Source: Polyangiales bacterium
Lineage (GTDB): Bacteria > Myxococcota_A > Polyangia > Polyangiales > Polyangiaceae
Direction: 5' to 3'
Assembly (NCBI GenBank): GCA_038231275.1
Contig: JBBRLQ010000022.1
Span: forward strand, 1 to 64,000
DNA: 64,000 bases
The notes under the pieces were generated by a model that was given only the letters and a program-made list of their open reading frames with translations, was not told the DNA's origin and made no database searches. Below are positions 29,570-40,600 of the stretch, in pieces (positions within the stretch are counted from its first letter, which is position 1; every line of letters begins with the position of its first letter). The position numbers and the translations under genes were made by a program.

Positions 29570-31120
29570 TCAGTCCGCGGTGTACCGCAGAATGACCGGC
29601 AGGAAGAAGAGCACCGAAAAGACGAGGAGCGCGATGACGGTGACCATGATGCCGGTCGTCACCGACTTCTTGTCGTAGGCGTCGAGCGCCGACTGGTGGA
29701 CGGCGAAATCGTGCTGCGCGGCCTCGGCGGCGCGTCCCAGGCGAACGATCTCCTCGCGCGCGCCGTCGAACTCGGTGCCGAAGGTCTGGCTGTCGCCGAC
29801 GACCGCGCGGGCGAACTGGGCGAAGGCCTGGTTCATCGTCTCGCGCGCCGCATCGGCCGCGTTGGCCTGGCCGCCGACGTGGTTCTTGAACCACTCTTCC
29901 AGCGCGGCGCGCTCGTTGCGGGCGGCGGTGAGTCGCGCCTGCGCGTCGGCGACGTTCTGCTTGGCGGCGCCGTGACGCGCGATGAGATCGTTGATGACCG
30001 GCTGCGCCTGCGCGATCTCCTTCGCGCGCTGCTCGCGCTCGACGGCGCGCGCGGTGACCTGCGCCTGGAGCTGCACGGGGTCGAGCCCGGCGAGCGAATC
30101 GGACGGGCCAAAATCCGGCGACGACGCTTGCGGCGTGCGGGTTCCGCTGATCGACGGCATCCGCGGGGAGGAGCCCATCGCCATCGCTGGCGACATGCGC
30201 GGATCGGTCTGCGGAGGAGGCGCGAAGCTCGAGAGCGCGGCGCGCACGGCACCTTGCATGTTCCGCGCGTCCGGCCACCTCTGCGTCTTCTCGAAGGAGA
30301 GCGCACGATCGATGATCGCGACCACGGACGGCGGTATGCCCGTGACGACGGAGGCCAACGACCGCGCCGGACGCGTCGCGCTGTAGACGAGCTGCTCGGT
30401 GCCGGTCTGCGCGTCGTGGACGTGGAGGCCGGAGACGAGTGTGAACATCGTCGCGCCGACGGCCCAGAGGTCGGTGCGGCCGTCGATCTCGCCCCAGCGC
30501 GCGAGCGCCTGCTCAGGGGCCATGAAGGCCGGCGTGCCGATGACCTGGCCGGCCCGCGTCGCCTGCTTGGCGTCCTGCGCCGTCTCGAAGACGCGCGCGA
30601 TGCCGAAGTCGAGGACCTTGAGCATGCCCTCGCGCGTGAGAAATAGGTTCTCCGGCTTGATGTCGCGATGGACGATCCCTTTGATGTGCGCCAGCGCGAG
30701 GACGTCGAGGAGCTGATCGGCGAAGCCCAGCACCTCGCCGAACGGGAGGCGACCTGCGTGGCGCTCCCAGCGCTGATCGAGCGTCTCCCCTTCGAGCAGC
30801 TCCATCACGAGGAACGCGTTGCCGTCCTCGCTCACGTCGTCGTCGAGCACGCTCACCGCGCCGGGGTGCTCGATCACGTTCGCCGCGTAGCCCTCGCGGA
30901 GGAAGCGCGTGCGCGTGTCCCCTTCCCGCGAGAACTCGGCGTGAAGCATCTTCACCGCGACGCGCTTCTTGTTGCGGTGCGTGGCGGAGTACACCGCGGC
31001 CATTCCTCCGACGCCGAGAAGCGCGTCGAGGTGCCACTTGTCCTTCAAGACGGAGCCGAGGCGCGACTGCGCGCGGAGGCGTTGCTGGTCGACGATGTTC
31101 GTGTTGAGGGTTTGGGTCAC
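29570..31120 (-). CDS. Ser/Thr protein kinase with C-terminal coiled coil and TM anchor
   Basis: LGVGGMAAVY, HRDIKPENL, DFGIAR, FMAPEQ; heptad-rich tail and hydrophobic C-terminus. Confidence 0.92.
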   Translation of the reverse strand: MTQTLNTNIVDQQRLRAQSRLGSVLKDKWHLDALLGVGGMAAVYSATHRNKKRVAVKMLHAEFSREGDTRTRFLREGYAANVIEHPGAVSVLDDDVSEDGNAFLVMELLEGETLDQRWERHAGRLPFGEVLGFADQLLDVLALAHIKGIVHRDIKPENLFLTREGMLKVLDFGIARVFETAQDAKQATRAGQVIGTPAFMAPEQALARWGEIDGRTDLWAVGATMFTLVSGLHVHDAQTGTEQLVYSATRPARSLASVVTGIPPSVVAIIDRALSFEKTQRWPDARNMQGAVRAALSSFAPPPQTDPRMSPAMAMGSSPRMPSISGTRTPQASSPDFGPSDSLAGLDPVQLQAQVTARAVEREQRAKEIAQAQPVINDLIARHGAAKQNVADAQARLTAARNERAALEEWFKNHVGGQANAADAARETMNQAFAQFARAVVGDSQTFGTEFDGAREEIVRLGRAAEAAQHDFAVHQSALDAYDKKSVTTGIMVTVIALLVFSVLFFLPVILRYTAD

Positions 31121-32070
31121 GGCCCACCCTTGCGCGGATCGTTCGGGCCGAACGCGCTGCGCAGATCGATGTCGAGGCGCTTCAGCTTGGCCTCCGCGCG
31201 CTGGACCGTGGCCTGGGCCATCGCGAGCTCGTCGGCGACGCGGCGCTCCTCGGACTGGACGACCGACGCCGCGGCCTGGAGCTCGGCGATCTTCTGATCA
31301 ATCTGCGCGAGCTTGCGGCTGTGGGCGTCCATCTCGCCGATGAGCGCGCTGTCTTTCTGGCGGAGCGTCTGCTCGTTCAGGCGAAGCAAATCGAGCGTCC
31401 GTCCGTACTGCGGGTTTCGCTCGGCGGCGCCGCGCGCGCGCTGTCCGAGCGCCACCAGCGCCTGGTCGATGGCCTTGGACGCGCGTTCGGCCTGCTGGCG
31501 GCGCTGCTTCAGCGCCTCGCGAAGCTCACCGAGGCGCTGGCGGACGCGCCAGGCGTAGCGCGGCGCCTGCCAGAAATGCTTCGGTGGATCGCCGAAGTTG
31601 CCGAGCATCTTCGCCTCGAACGATTCGACAGGGGCGACCGAGGGGCGCCGCTCCGCGACTCCGGCGGGGATCGGGCGGAACGACGGTTGGTGCACGGCGG
31701 GCGACATCGAGTGACCCTTCGCCGCGTTCTGGAGCGCCATCGCCCGAACGGGCGGGCCGCCTTTGACGTCGAGCTCGAGCGAGAGGCCCGCGCCACCCGA
31801 GCCGCCGCCGAACGCGTCGTCCTCGTCCTCGAACATCGCGCCGCGACCCATATCCTGCTGGACTTGTGGTGCGGATGTGCGGGCGGGAGGAACCGACCGG
31901 CCGTCCTCGAGCTCGACCATCCGGCCACCGGCGTGAGAACGCGGCGAACCGAAATCGAGATCAGGGACCGCCGAAGGCCCGTTCGGACGCCCCGTCGCCT
32001 TTCGGCCGCAACGGCGGCATGCCGAGTTCGGATCGTAGCCTTCGGCCTGGCACCAGGGGCAGGCCGACAT
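31117..32070 (-). CDS. Hypothetical protein, N-terminal Zn ribbon and C-terminal coiled coil
   Basis: MSACPWC...CRRCG; long heptad region; stop overlaps the kinase GTG start (GTGA). Confidence 0.72.
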   Translation of the reverse strand: MSACPWCQAEGYDPNSACRRCGRKATGRPNGPSAVPDLDFGSPRSHAGGRMVELEDGRSVPPARTSAPQVQQDMGRGAMFEDEDDAFGGGSGGAGLSLELDVKGGPPVRAMALQNAAKGHSMSPAVHQPSFRPIPAGVAERRPSVAPVESFEAKMLGNFGDPPKHFWQAPRYAWRVRQRLGELREALKQRRQQAERASKAIDQALVALGQRARGAAERNPQYGRTLDLLRLNEQTLRQKDSALIGEMDAHSRKLAQIDQKIAELQAAASVVQSEERRVADELAMAQATVQRAEAKLKRLDIDLRSAFGPNDPRKGGP

Positions 32071-32185
32071 TGTGTGGATGATAGCCCAAAGGTCTCGCCG
32101 TCCGCTCAACTCTCTCTGGGGGTTCGGAGGCGCAGATTTCTTGCCCGGCGGGCATCGAACTAGTGCTACGTCCTCCCACACGCCC

Positions 32186-32698
32186 ATGCGCATCTACAGC
32201 TCCAAGGTCCCGACGATCGCGCAAGAGATCACGCGCACGCTCCTCGCCGCGAACGACATCGAGTCGGCGTCACCGAAGGAGGTCGAAGCGGACGTGGCGG
32301 CGGTCCTGAACAGCTACCTCGCGACCGACAAAGAGGTCACCGAGGCGACGAAGGATCTCCTCGAGCGGACCAACCGATCGCAGAGCGAGTTCAGCCGCGT
32401 CAAATCGCAGATCGCCGAGACCAAAGGCATCAAGACGGGCGAGGACACGCTCGACTACTTGCTGGACCAGATCGTCGAGATCTTCAATCACTCGGCGAAC
32501 GTCGACGAGATCTTCGCGCAGGACCACGAGCTGCGCCGCAAGATGGCCCCCATCTTCAAGAAGCACATGCTCATGGACGAGGCGCTCGACAACGAGGTGC
32601 GCGCGCAGCTGAAGCACGTGACCGAGGGCTCGCGCACGTGGGACATCGAGTACGCGCGCGTGATGGAGCAAGTGAAGCAGAAGCGCGGCGTGCGCTGA
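32186..32698 (+). CDS. DUF507-family protein
   Basis: MRIYSSKVP... with two similar helical halves ending EGSRTWDIEY...KRG; sits before yicC as in deltaproteobacteria. Confidence 0.75.
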   Translation: MRIYSSKVPTIAQEITRTLLAANDIESASPKEVEADVAAVLNSYLATDKEVTEATKDLLERTNRSQSEFSRVKSQIAETKGIKTGEDTLDYLLDQIVEIFNHSANVDEIFAQDHELRRKMAPIFKKHMLMDEALDNEVRAQLKHVTEGSRTWDIEYARVMEQVKQKRGVR

Positions 32699-32741
32699 CT
32701 CGCCGCGCGACGGCTCGAATCTCGACCAAGGAGGTTCCCTC

Positions 32742-33614
32742 TTGCGAAGCATGACGGGATTCGGGGCGGCCGCGGCGCCGCTCGTGCACGGGAGGCTCGT
32801 CGTCGAGATCCGCGCGACGAATCACCGCTTCGTGGACGTCCGCGTGAAGCTCCCCCACGCGCTCGTCGAGCTCGCGACCTTCGCGGAGGCGGCGCTGCGT
32901 GAGCGCGTGTCGCGAGGGCGGTTCGATCTGAGCGCGCACCTCGATGGCGCGGCCCTCGCGGCGCCGGTGCTCGACAAGGAACGCGCGCGCTCGGCGTTCC
33001 GCGCGCTGACGGAGCTGCGCGACGAGCTCGCCCCGGGGCAGGAGGTTCCGCTGTCGCTCCTCGCGAGCGTCCCCGGGATCTTCGCGCCTCCGCTGGAGGG
33101 TCACCTCGACGAAGCGAAGGTCGCGGTCCGCGGGGCGATCGCGGGCGCGCTGGCGGCGCTGGACGCGATGCGCGACGAGGAAGGCGCGAACCTGGGGCGC
33201 GACATGCAGGCGCGCCTCCAAGCGGTCCGCACGTCGCTCGAGATCGTTCGCGCGCGGATGCCCGACCTCGCGATCCAGCACAAACGCCGCCTCCTCGAGC
33301 GCGTCGAGCGCCTGTCCCTCACCGGGGAGCTTGGCGCCGACGGGCCGCGGGTCGAGCAGGAGATCGCACTTTTCGCCGACCGCGTCGACGTCTCCGAGGA
33401 GCTGACGCGCATGGGCAGCCACCTCGATCAGGCGTCCTCGCTCCTCGGACGCGCCGAGCCGGTGGGGAGGCGCGTCGATTTTCTCCTCCAGGAGATGACC
33501 CGCGAGTCGAACACCATCGGCGCGAAATCGCCGGACGCCGCCGTCTCGCACGCCGTTGTCGAGATCAAGGCGGAGATCGAACGGATGCGCGAGCAGGTGC
33601 AAAACGTCGAGTAA
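32742..33614 (+). CDS. yicC: YicC/YloC-family endoribonuclease
   Basis: RSMTGFG, TNHRF, DVSEELTR, GRRVDFLLQEMTRESNTIGAK, EIERMREQVQNVE; AAGGAGG before TTG. Confidence 0.93.
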   Translation: MRSMTGFGAAAAPLVHGRLVVEIRATNHRFVDVRVKLPHALVELATFAEAALRERVSRGRFDLSAHLDGAALAAPVLDKERARSAFRALTELRDELAPGQEVPLSLLASVPGIFAPPLEGHLDEAKVAVRGAIAGALAALDAMRDEEGANLGRDMQARLQAVRTSLEIVRARMPDLAIQHKRRLLERVERLSLTGELGADGPRVEQEIALFADRVDVSEELTRMGSHLDQASSLLGRAEPVGRRVDFLLQEMTRESNTIGAKSPDAAVSHAVVEIKAEIERMREQVQNVE

Positions 33615-33644
33615 TGTGGAAGTCTTCGTGGTCCCGGCAGCGCC

Positions 33645-34265
33645 ATGGACAACGACTTCGTGCTCCTCATCCTGTCGTCGCCGAGCGGCGCCGGGAAGAC
33701 CACCCTCACGCGGAAGCTGCTCGAGAGCTTCCCGGAGCTGCGCTTCAGCGTCTCGCACACGACGAGGTCCCCGCGCGCCAACGAGGTCGACGCGCGCGAC
33801 TACCACTTCACCGACCGCCGCGGCTTCGAGGCGATGGTCGAGAAGGGCGCGTTCCTGGAGTGGGCCGAGGTCCACGGGAATCTGTACGGCACCTCCCTCG
33901 CCGAGATCGATCGCGCGAAGGCCGACGGCTGCCGCGGGATGATCTTCGACATCGACTACCAAGGCGCGCGCCAGATCCGCGCCAAGCTGCCCGACGTCAC
34001 CGGCGTCTTCATCCTGCCTCCGTCGATGCAGGAGCTGGAGCGCCGCCTCCGCGGACGCGCCAGCGAGACCGAGGAGGTCGTGCAGCGCCGCTTCGCCGTC
34101 GCCAAGCTCGAGATCGAGCACTACGCGTTCTTCGACTACGTCATCGTGAACGACGCGGTCGAAAAGGCGTTCGATCAACTGAGGGCCGTCATCCTCGCCG
34201 AGCGCGCCAAGAGGACGCGCCGCGCGAGCCTCGCCGAAGCGCTCCTCCGCGAACGAAAAGCCTAA
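33645..34265 (+). CDS. gmk: Guanylate kinase
   Basis: SSPSGAGKTT, SVSHTTR, YHF, EWAEVHGNLYGT, DIDYQGA, FILPPS. Confidence 0.96.
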   Translation: MDNDFVLLILSSPSGAGKTTLTRKLLESFPELRFSVSHTTRSPRANEVDARDYHFTDRRGFEAMVEKGAFLEWAEVHGNLYGTSLAEIDRAKADGCRGMIFDIDYQGARQIRAKLPDVTGVFILPPSMQELERRLRGRASETEEVVQRRFAVAKLEIEHYAFFDYVIVNDAVEKAFDQLRAVILAERAKRTRRASLAEALLRERKA

Positions 34266-34283
34266 AAACGTAGGACGGAACAT

Positions 34284-35141
34284 ATGCAATCTGCACGCTT
34301 CACGCTCGCCGTCATCGGCGGCAGCGGCCTCTACGACATGGACGGCCTCACGGGGGTCGAGGAGATCACGGTCGAGACGCCGTTCGGTCCGCCCTCCGAC
34401 AAAATCGTCCGCGGGCACCAGGGCGACACGACGCTCCTCTTCTTGCCGCGCCACGGACGCGGCCACAAAGTCGCTCCCCATGAGATCAACTACCGCGCGA
34501 ACATCTGCGCGCTGAAGATGAGCGGCGCGACGCACCTCGTCAGCGTGAGCGCCGTCGGCTCGATGAAGGAGGCGATCCCGCCGGGCGATCTCGTCGTCCC
34601 CGATCAGTTCATCGATCTGACGAAGAAGCGCACGACCACGTACTTCGAGGACGGCATCGTCGGCCACGTGGTCTTCGCCGATCCCGTGTGCCCGCTCATG
34701 GCCGGCGCGCTCGGCGACGCGGCGTCGAAGGCGGGCGGCAAGGTCCATCGCGGCGGCACGTACGTGGTGATGGACGGCCCGCAGTTCTCGACGCGCGCGG
34801 AGAGCCTCCTCTACCGCTCGTGGGGCGTGTCGGTCATCGGCATGACCGCGATGCCCGAGGCAAAGCTCGCCCGTGAGGCCGAGCTTCCGTACGCCACCCT
34901 CGCCCTCTCGACGGATTACGACTGCTGGCACGAGAGCGAAGAGGCCGTCAGCGTCGAGGCGGTGATGGCGGTCATGAAGAAGAACGTCGTCGTGGCGCGA
35001 GGGACGATCGGAGAGCTCGCGAAGGCGCTGCCCGATCCGGCGAAGAGCCCGGCGACCGGCGCGCTCCGCGGCGCGATCATGACGGCGCCCGACCAAATCA
35101 GCGCGGCGGCCAAGAAGCGCCTCGCCTGGCTGCTCGGATAG
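34284..35141 (+). CDS. mtnP: S-methyl-5'-thioadenosine phosphorylase
   Basis: IGGSGLY, FLPRHG, NYRANI, PDQFID, GPQFSTRAES, IGMT, TDYDCWH. Confidence 0.94.
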   Translation: MQSARFTLAVIGGSGLYDMDGLTGVEEITVETPFGPPSDKIVRGHQGDTTLLFLPRHGRGHKVAPHEINYRANICALKMSGATHLVSVSAVGSMKEAIPPGDLVVPDQFIDLTKKRTTTYFEDGIVGHVVFADPVCPLMAGALGDAASKAGGKVHRGGTYVVMDGPQFSTRAESLLYRSWGVSVIGMTAMPEAKLAREAELPYATLALSTDYDCWHESEEAVSVEAVMAVMKKNVVVARGTIGELAKALPDPAKSPATGALRGAIMTAPDQISAAAKKRLAWLLG

Positions 35142-35236
35142 CGCGAGGTCGCGAAGAAGCCTCCCCGGAGGACGCCGATTTAGGGCGATTTTCGTGTGAT
35201 TTTCGCCGGCGTTCGCAATATGGTTCGCGCTCGCAA

Positions 35237-36193
35237 ATGTCGTCCCCCTCGTCGCCTCGTAAGCCCGAGCCCCTGCTCGTCGTCGGATCGCTCGCGTTCG
35301 ACGATCTCGAGATGCCCTCCGGCACGTTCAAGGACGTGCTCGGCGGCGCCGCCACCTACTCGTCGCTCGCCGCGTCGCTGATCGGCGCGCACGTCCGCTT
35401 GGTCGGCGTCGTCGGCACCGATTTCGACGAGGCGCACCTCGAGCGCCTCCGCAAGCGCGGCTGCGACACGCTCGGCGTCGAGCGGGCCGAGGGCAAGACG
35501 TTCCGCTGGCACGGCCGCTACGCCAACGACTTGATGAGCCGCACCACGCTCGACACGCAGCTCAACGTCTTCGCCGATTTCCGGCCGAAGATCCCGGCGG
35601 CGTACAAGAGCTCGCCGTACGTGCTCCTCGGCAACATCCACCCGACGCTCCAAGTGAGCGTCCTCGATCAGGTCGACAAACCGAAGCTGGTGGCCGCCGA
35701 CACGATGAACTTCTGGATCCACGGCGAGCCCAAGGCCCTGGCCGAGATGCTGAAGCGCATCGATCTCCTCATCATCAACGACGAGGAGGCCCGCGACCTC
35801 TCGGGCATCCACAACCTCGTCAAGGCGGCCGCCGACGTCAAAAAGCGCGGCCCCTCCAAGCTGATCATCAAGCGCGGCGAGCACGGGGCGCTCCTCTTCG
35901 ACGACGGAGGCGTCTCGTTCGTCCCCGCCTACCCGCTCGACGACGTGAAAGACCCGACCGGCGCCGGCGACTCGTTCGCAGGCGGCCTGATGGGGTACAT
36001 CGCCCGTTACGGCCTGGAATCACCGCACGCGCTGCGGCGCGCGATGTACTTCGCGTCGGCGCTCGGGTCGTTCTGCGTGGAGGACATCGGCCCCGCCCGC
36101 CTCGCGGCGATCACCAAGGCCGACCTGGCCCGGCGCATCGACGCGTTCGCCCAGATGGTCGATCACGGCGCAAAGCTCTCGTTCGTGGACTGA
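35237..36193 (+). CDS. PfkB-family carbohydrate/nucleoside kinase
   Basis: VGSLAFD, LGGAATY, DTMNFWI, IINDEEA, KRGEHGA, DPTGAGDSFAGG. Confidence 0.92.
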   Translation: MSSPSSPRKPEPLLVVGSLAFDDLEMPSGTFKDVLGGAATYSSLAASLIGAHVRLVGVVGTDFDEAHLERLRKRGCDTLGVERAEGKTFRWHGRYANDLMSRTTLDTQLNVFADFRPKIPAAYKSSPYVLLGNIHPTLQVSVLDQVDKPKLVAADTMNFWIHGEPKALAEMLKRIDLLIINDEEARDLSGIHNLVKAAADVKKRGPSKLIIKRGEHGALLFDDGGVSFVPAYPLDDVKDPTGAGDSFAGGLMGYIARYGLESPHALRRAMYFASALGSFCVEDIGPARLAAITKADLARRIDAFAQMVDHGAKLSFVD

Positions 36194-36254
36194 GCGTGGT
36201 AGGGTCTTTCAGGTCGTAGAGTAGTTCTTGGAGTCATCGAGGAGGCTTTCGTCC

Positions 36255-37469
36255 ATGCGCGTGACGGGCTTGGCGAAGTTTGGGGCGAAGTTCGGCGTGG
36301 CTGCGGTCATCGGCGGCGTTGCGGTCGTCAGCGCGTCACTCGGCGCGTGCGAGGATGAGCATCGGCGATCGACGGCGACCGTGGGCTGCCTCGGCACGTG
36401 CTGCGCGGGACCGGGCGAGTTCCCGGCCTCCGACTGCGATCCGTCGAGCAACGCGTGCGTGCAAGACACCGCAGGCGCCTGCGCGATCGACAACACGAAG
36501 TGCGGCGCGGGCTCGTGCCTTCCGCTGGCCAGCAACTCCGGAAACGTGCTCGATTTCCGCTTTCGTCGTCTGAACATCATCAGTCCCCCGTCGCTTACCT
36601 ACTCGGTGAACCCGACGCTCCAGACCGCCGTGATCGACTCGGCAGTCGACCTGAAGGCCAAGCAATGCGGCGAGGTCGGCAAGGGGACGTTCAGCTGGCT
36701 CCTCCGAATCGACAAGGCCGCGAAGACGCTCACGACGGGCGGCGCGCCTCCCTCGACCGATCCGTTCAACGCCGGTTACTGCTTCTACAACCACACCGTG
36801 AACGTCGGCGGGACGCCCATCGCGGTGAAACAGGTCACGGTCGGCCTCGACCCGAGCAGCACCGACACGGTCTTCACGTCGCTGTCGATCCCGAAGCTCT
36901 TCGTACCGATCTTCCTCGACGCGACCGGCAGCTCGGTCATCATCCTCCCGCTCTCGAACCCGGTGATCAAGAACCTGACGGTGAGCGACAACGGCAACTG
37001 CGTCGGCTCCCTCAACACCGTCGCCCTCGCCAAGGACTGCACCGACGTCTTCAGCGACTGCTCCAAGTGGCATACCGCCGGATCGCTCGGCGGGTACATG
37101 TCGCTCGAGGAGGCGGACACCGTCTTCATCAAGGAGCTGAACCAGTCGCTCTGCGTCGTGCTCACCCAAGCCGCGCCGCTGACGAAATGCGCGCGCGATC
37201 CGGCCGGCAAGGTGTCCGCAAAGGGTGACTTCTGCTCCACCACAGGCAAGCCCGGCGGCTGCCAGGACAGCTTCTGGCTGTCGGCGACGTTCGCGGCCTC
37301 TGCGATCAAGATCAACGACGGCTCGACGACCGCGACATGCCAAGGCGGCGCCGACGTCGACGCGGGAACCGACAGCGGCTCCGACACCGGCAGCGGCGGG
37401 GACACCGGATCCGACACCGGCGCGGACGCGGGCTCCGACGCGCCTGCCGACGCCTCCGACGCCGGCTAA
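36255..37469 (+). CDS. Cys-rich secreted lipoprotein with DAG/DSG-rich tail
   Basis: Lipobox LGAC-E; many paired Cys; C-terminal DAGTDSGSDTG...DAG repeats. Confidence 0.75.
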   Translation: MRVTGLAKFGAKFGVAAVIGGVAVVSASLGACEDEHRRSTATVGCLGTCCAGPGEFPASDCDPSSNACVQDTAGACAIDNTKCGAGSCLPLASNSGNVLDFRFRRLNIISPPSLTYSVNPTLQTAVIDSAVDLKAKQCGEVGKGTFSWLLRIDKAAKTLTTGGAPPSTDPFNAGYCFYNHTVNVGGTPIAVKQVTVGLDPSSTDTVFTSLSIPKLFVPIFLDATGSSVIILPLSNPVIKNLTVSDNGNCVGSLNTVALAKDCTDVFSDCSKWHTAGSLGGYMSLEEADTVFIKELNQSLCVVLTQAAPLTKCARDPAGKVSAKGDFCSTTGKPGGCQDSFWLSATFAASAIKINDGSTTATCQGGADVDAGTDSGSDTGSGGDTGSDTGADAGSDAPADASDAG

Positions 37470-37698
37470 GCGTTCCGAGACTCGTTCGAGGCGACCTCGC
37501 GCAGCCGTCGTAGGGCGCGTGGTCCGCGGCGCGATCCTGTCCGAACCGCGTCTCGGGCCTATTGACGCAGCCGTTTTCGCGCTGCGTTACACGTGTTTTG
37601 TGTACAGTTCCCGCGGCGGGCGGCGTGCCCCCGTGTCAGACTTTGGGCGTTTTCCGTGGACCCGGTTGGGGCCGGGGAACGCGGAAGTTGGAGGTCTC

Positions 37699-40600
37699 AT
37701 GCTTCGTTGGTGGCGGCATGCTTTCGCGATCTTGGTCGTGCTCCTGGTCGCCTCGTGCAGCGGCGGCGGGTGCTCGAGCGGCTGCTCGGGATGCGGGACG
37801 ACTCCCCTGCCCGGCGGCTTCCAGAAAGCCAACGCCATCGACAACGCCGCCGCCGTCCGCGTGACGCGCAGCGGCCTCGATTTCCTCGCGGCGAACATCC
37901 CCACCGTCGCGTCGCAGGTCATCAAGGCGAACAACGGCGTCGTCACCTTCGAGATCCCGAAGTCGACGTCGCACCAGACGTTCATCGGCATCGGCGTCGA
38001 CATCGTCATCTGCCGCAACGGCCCCAACGCGAACAACAACCCGCCGGAGTGCATCGCCGAGATCAACATCAAGGGCATGAAGCTCCACATGGACGCGATC
38101 ACGCCGCACTCCATCAAGGTCACCGGGACGGTGCCCGTGCGCCTGCAAGACCTCCCGATGAACGCCAGCGTGATCGGTGACTTCGAGGTCGGGCTCGGCA
38201 ACGGCGGCTGCAACGGCGGTACCCCCAAGTTCGACTACAAGGAGTTCCCCGTCGACATCGAGATCCCGCTCATCAAAGAGACGCGTGCGCCGCGCGACGG
38301 GTACACGAAGATCGACGGCGACAACGCGATCATCAACGTCGACATCCAAAAGGGCGACGTCTCGATTTGCAAGGACTGCGGCATCATCAGCCCGGTCTGC
38401 GACGCGGTCCTCAACTTCGTGAAGGACCTCGCGTTCAACACGCTGATCGGCGGCGTCACCGGCCAGCTGAAGAGCGCGATCAAGTCCGCGTTCTGCACCA
38501 AGGCCAACACGGCGCTGAACCCGTCGTGCCCGCCTGGCAGCCACGACGACGCGGCGGGAGACGGCGGCGTCGACGCGGGCGCCGGTGGCACCTGCGTGTA
38601 CGACGATCCGGCGGCGAAGGGCGCGTGCGTGCCGATGGAGCTCGGGACCGACGGCCACATGGACCTCGGCGCGGCGCTTCAGAGCTTCTCGCCCGGTACC
38701 GCGGGCGGCCTCGATTTCGGGCTCGCCGCAGGCGGCGACATGGACCCCGCGCCGCGCAAGCCCGCGGATGACGTCGGCTACAAAGGGCACACGCCGAACG
38801 GGATGACCCTGGGGTTCCTCGGCGGCACGCTCCCGCAGCCGCAGTCGGCGTGCGTCCCAAAGGCCGACAACCCGATCCCGACGGGCATCCCGGTGCCGGA
38901 CGAGATGGTGCAGGACACGCAGACCCCGTGGCCGGCGACCGATCCCACCGGGCCGCACCTCGGCATCGCGCTCGCGGGGCGCTTCTTGAACCACGCGCTC
39001 GGCTCCGCCTACAACAGCGGCGTCTTGTGCCTCGGCGTGTCGACCGAGCAGGTCGCGCAGTTGAACAGCGGACTCTTGAGCGCGCTGATTCCATCGCTCA
39101 AGAAGCTCACCTTCGAGAAGACGGGCGCCCCTGTCGCGATCGCGACGCGCCCGCAGCAGCCGCCAACCATCACCATCGGCGGCGGGACCGACATAAAGAA
39201 GGACCCGCTGCTCCTCATCCTGATCCCCAAGTTCAACATCGATTTTTACGTATGGAGCGACGATCGCTTCATTCGCACGTTCACGATGACGGCGGATTTG
39301 ACGGTGCCGATGAATTTGCAGACCGGCAAGGATCCCAAGAAAAACCCGAATGGCGGCCTCCTGCCGGTGCTGGGCGACATCGGGCTCCAGAACGCCAAAG
39401 TCACCAACGCCGAAGAGATGCTGACCGACGATCCCGCGCTCATCGGCGCCGCGCTCTCGTCGATCATCCAGGGCTTCGCCGGGCAGGCGCTCGGCGGCGG
39501 GCTCAAGCCGATCGATCTCTCGAGCTCGCTCAAGTCGCTCGGCCTCGCGCTCACGATCCCCGACGGCGGGATCCGAAAGCTCCACAAGGGCACCGACGAC
39601 TTCCTCGCCATCTTCGCGGACCTCGGCACGCAGCCGCCGGCCGCGATCGTCGAAGCGGACACGACGGCGCGCCTCGTCGGCAAGATCGTGCACGCGGAGG
39701 CGATGGGCCTCACGACCGCCAACGATACGAAGCTGCCGGAACTGCACCTCACGCTCGGCTCGTCGGCGGCCAACGTCGAGTACACGTGGTGGATCGACGA
39801 AGGCACGCACAGCGCGTGGTCGCGTGAGACGGATCTGACGATCAAGGATCGCTACCTGTTCCTCCAGGGCAAGCATGTGCTGAACGTGTCGTCGCGCGTG
39901 ATCGGGCTGCCCGACACCGAGGACGCCACGCCCGCGGAGGTGCCGTTCACGATCGACACGCTCGCGCCGTACGTGAAGGTGACGCGCGGCAAGACCGAGG
40001 GCACGGCGACCCTCGACGCGTGGGACATCGTCTCGCCGACGTCCGCGCTGCGCGGGCGATTGCGCACGACCGACGCGCTCGGCAAGGTCTCTTCGTGGAG
40101 CGACTGGCGGCCGTTCGCCGAGCTTGTCGACCTGAACGCGCCCGGCGCGCACGCGGTCGACGTCGAGGTCGCGGACGAAGAGGGCAACGTCGGCAGCATC
40201 TCGCAAGGCCTCATTCGTGGTCACGGCGACACGACGCTCGGCGCCGGCGGCTCCGGCTGCGGGTGCAGCACGCCGGGCACTGCGCCTCGACTCGAGTCGG
40301 CCGCCGCGCTCGCGCTGCTCGGCGCGTTCACGTTCCTCCTGATGCGTCGGCGGCGTCGCGTTCACCCCGGCCTCGTCGGCTTGGGCGCCATTTGCGTCGT
40401 CGCCGCGACCACCGAGGGCTGCGCGTGCGGAAGCGGCGACGGCGGCGACGACGGCAAGACGCACTGCGGCCCCGACTGCAACACCAAGTGCCAGGACCCG
40501 CTGCCCGTCGGCCTCGTCGGCGCGTACACCTCCGTCGCGAAGGCGAAGGACGGCAGCGTCTGGGTCGCCGGGTACAACGAAGAGTACGCGGCACCCACCG

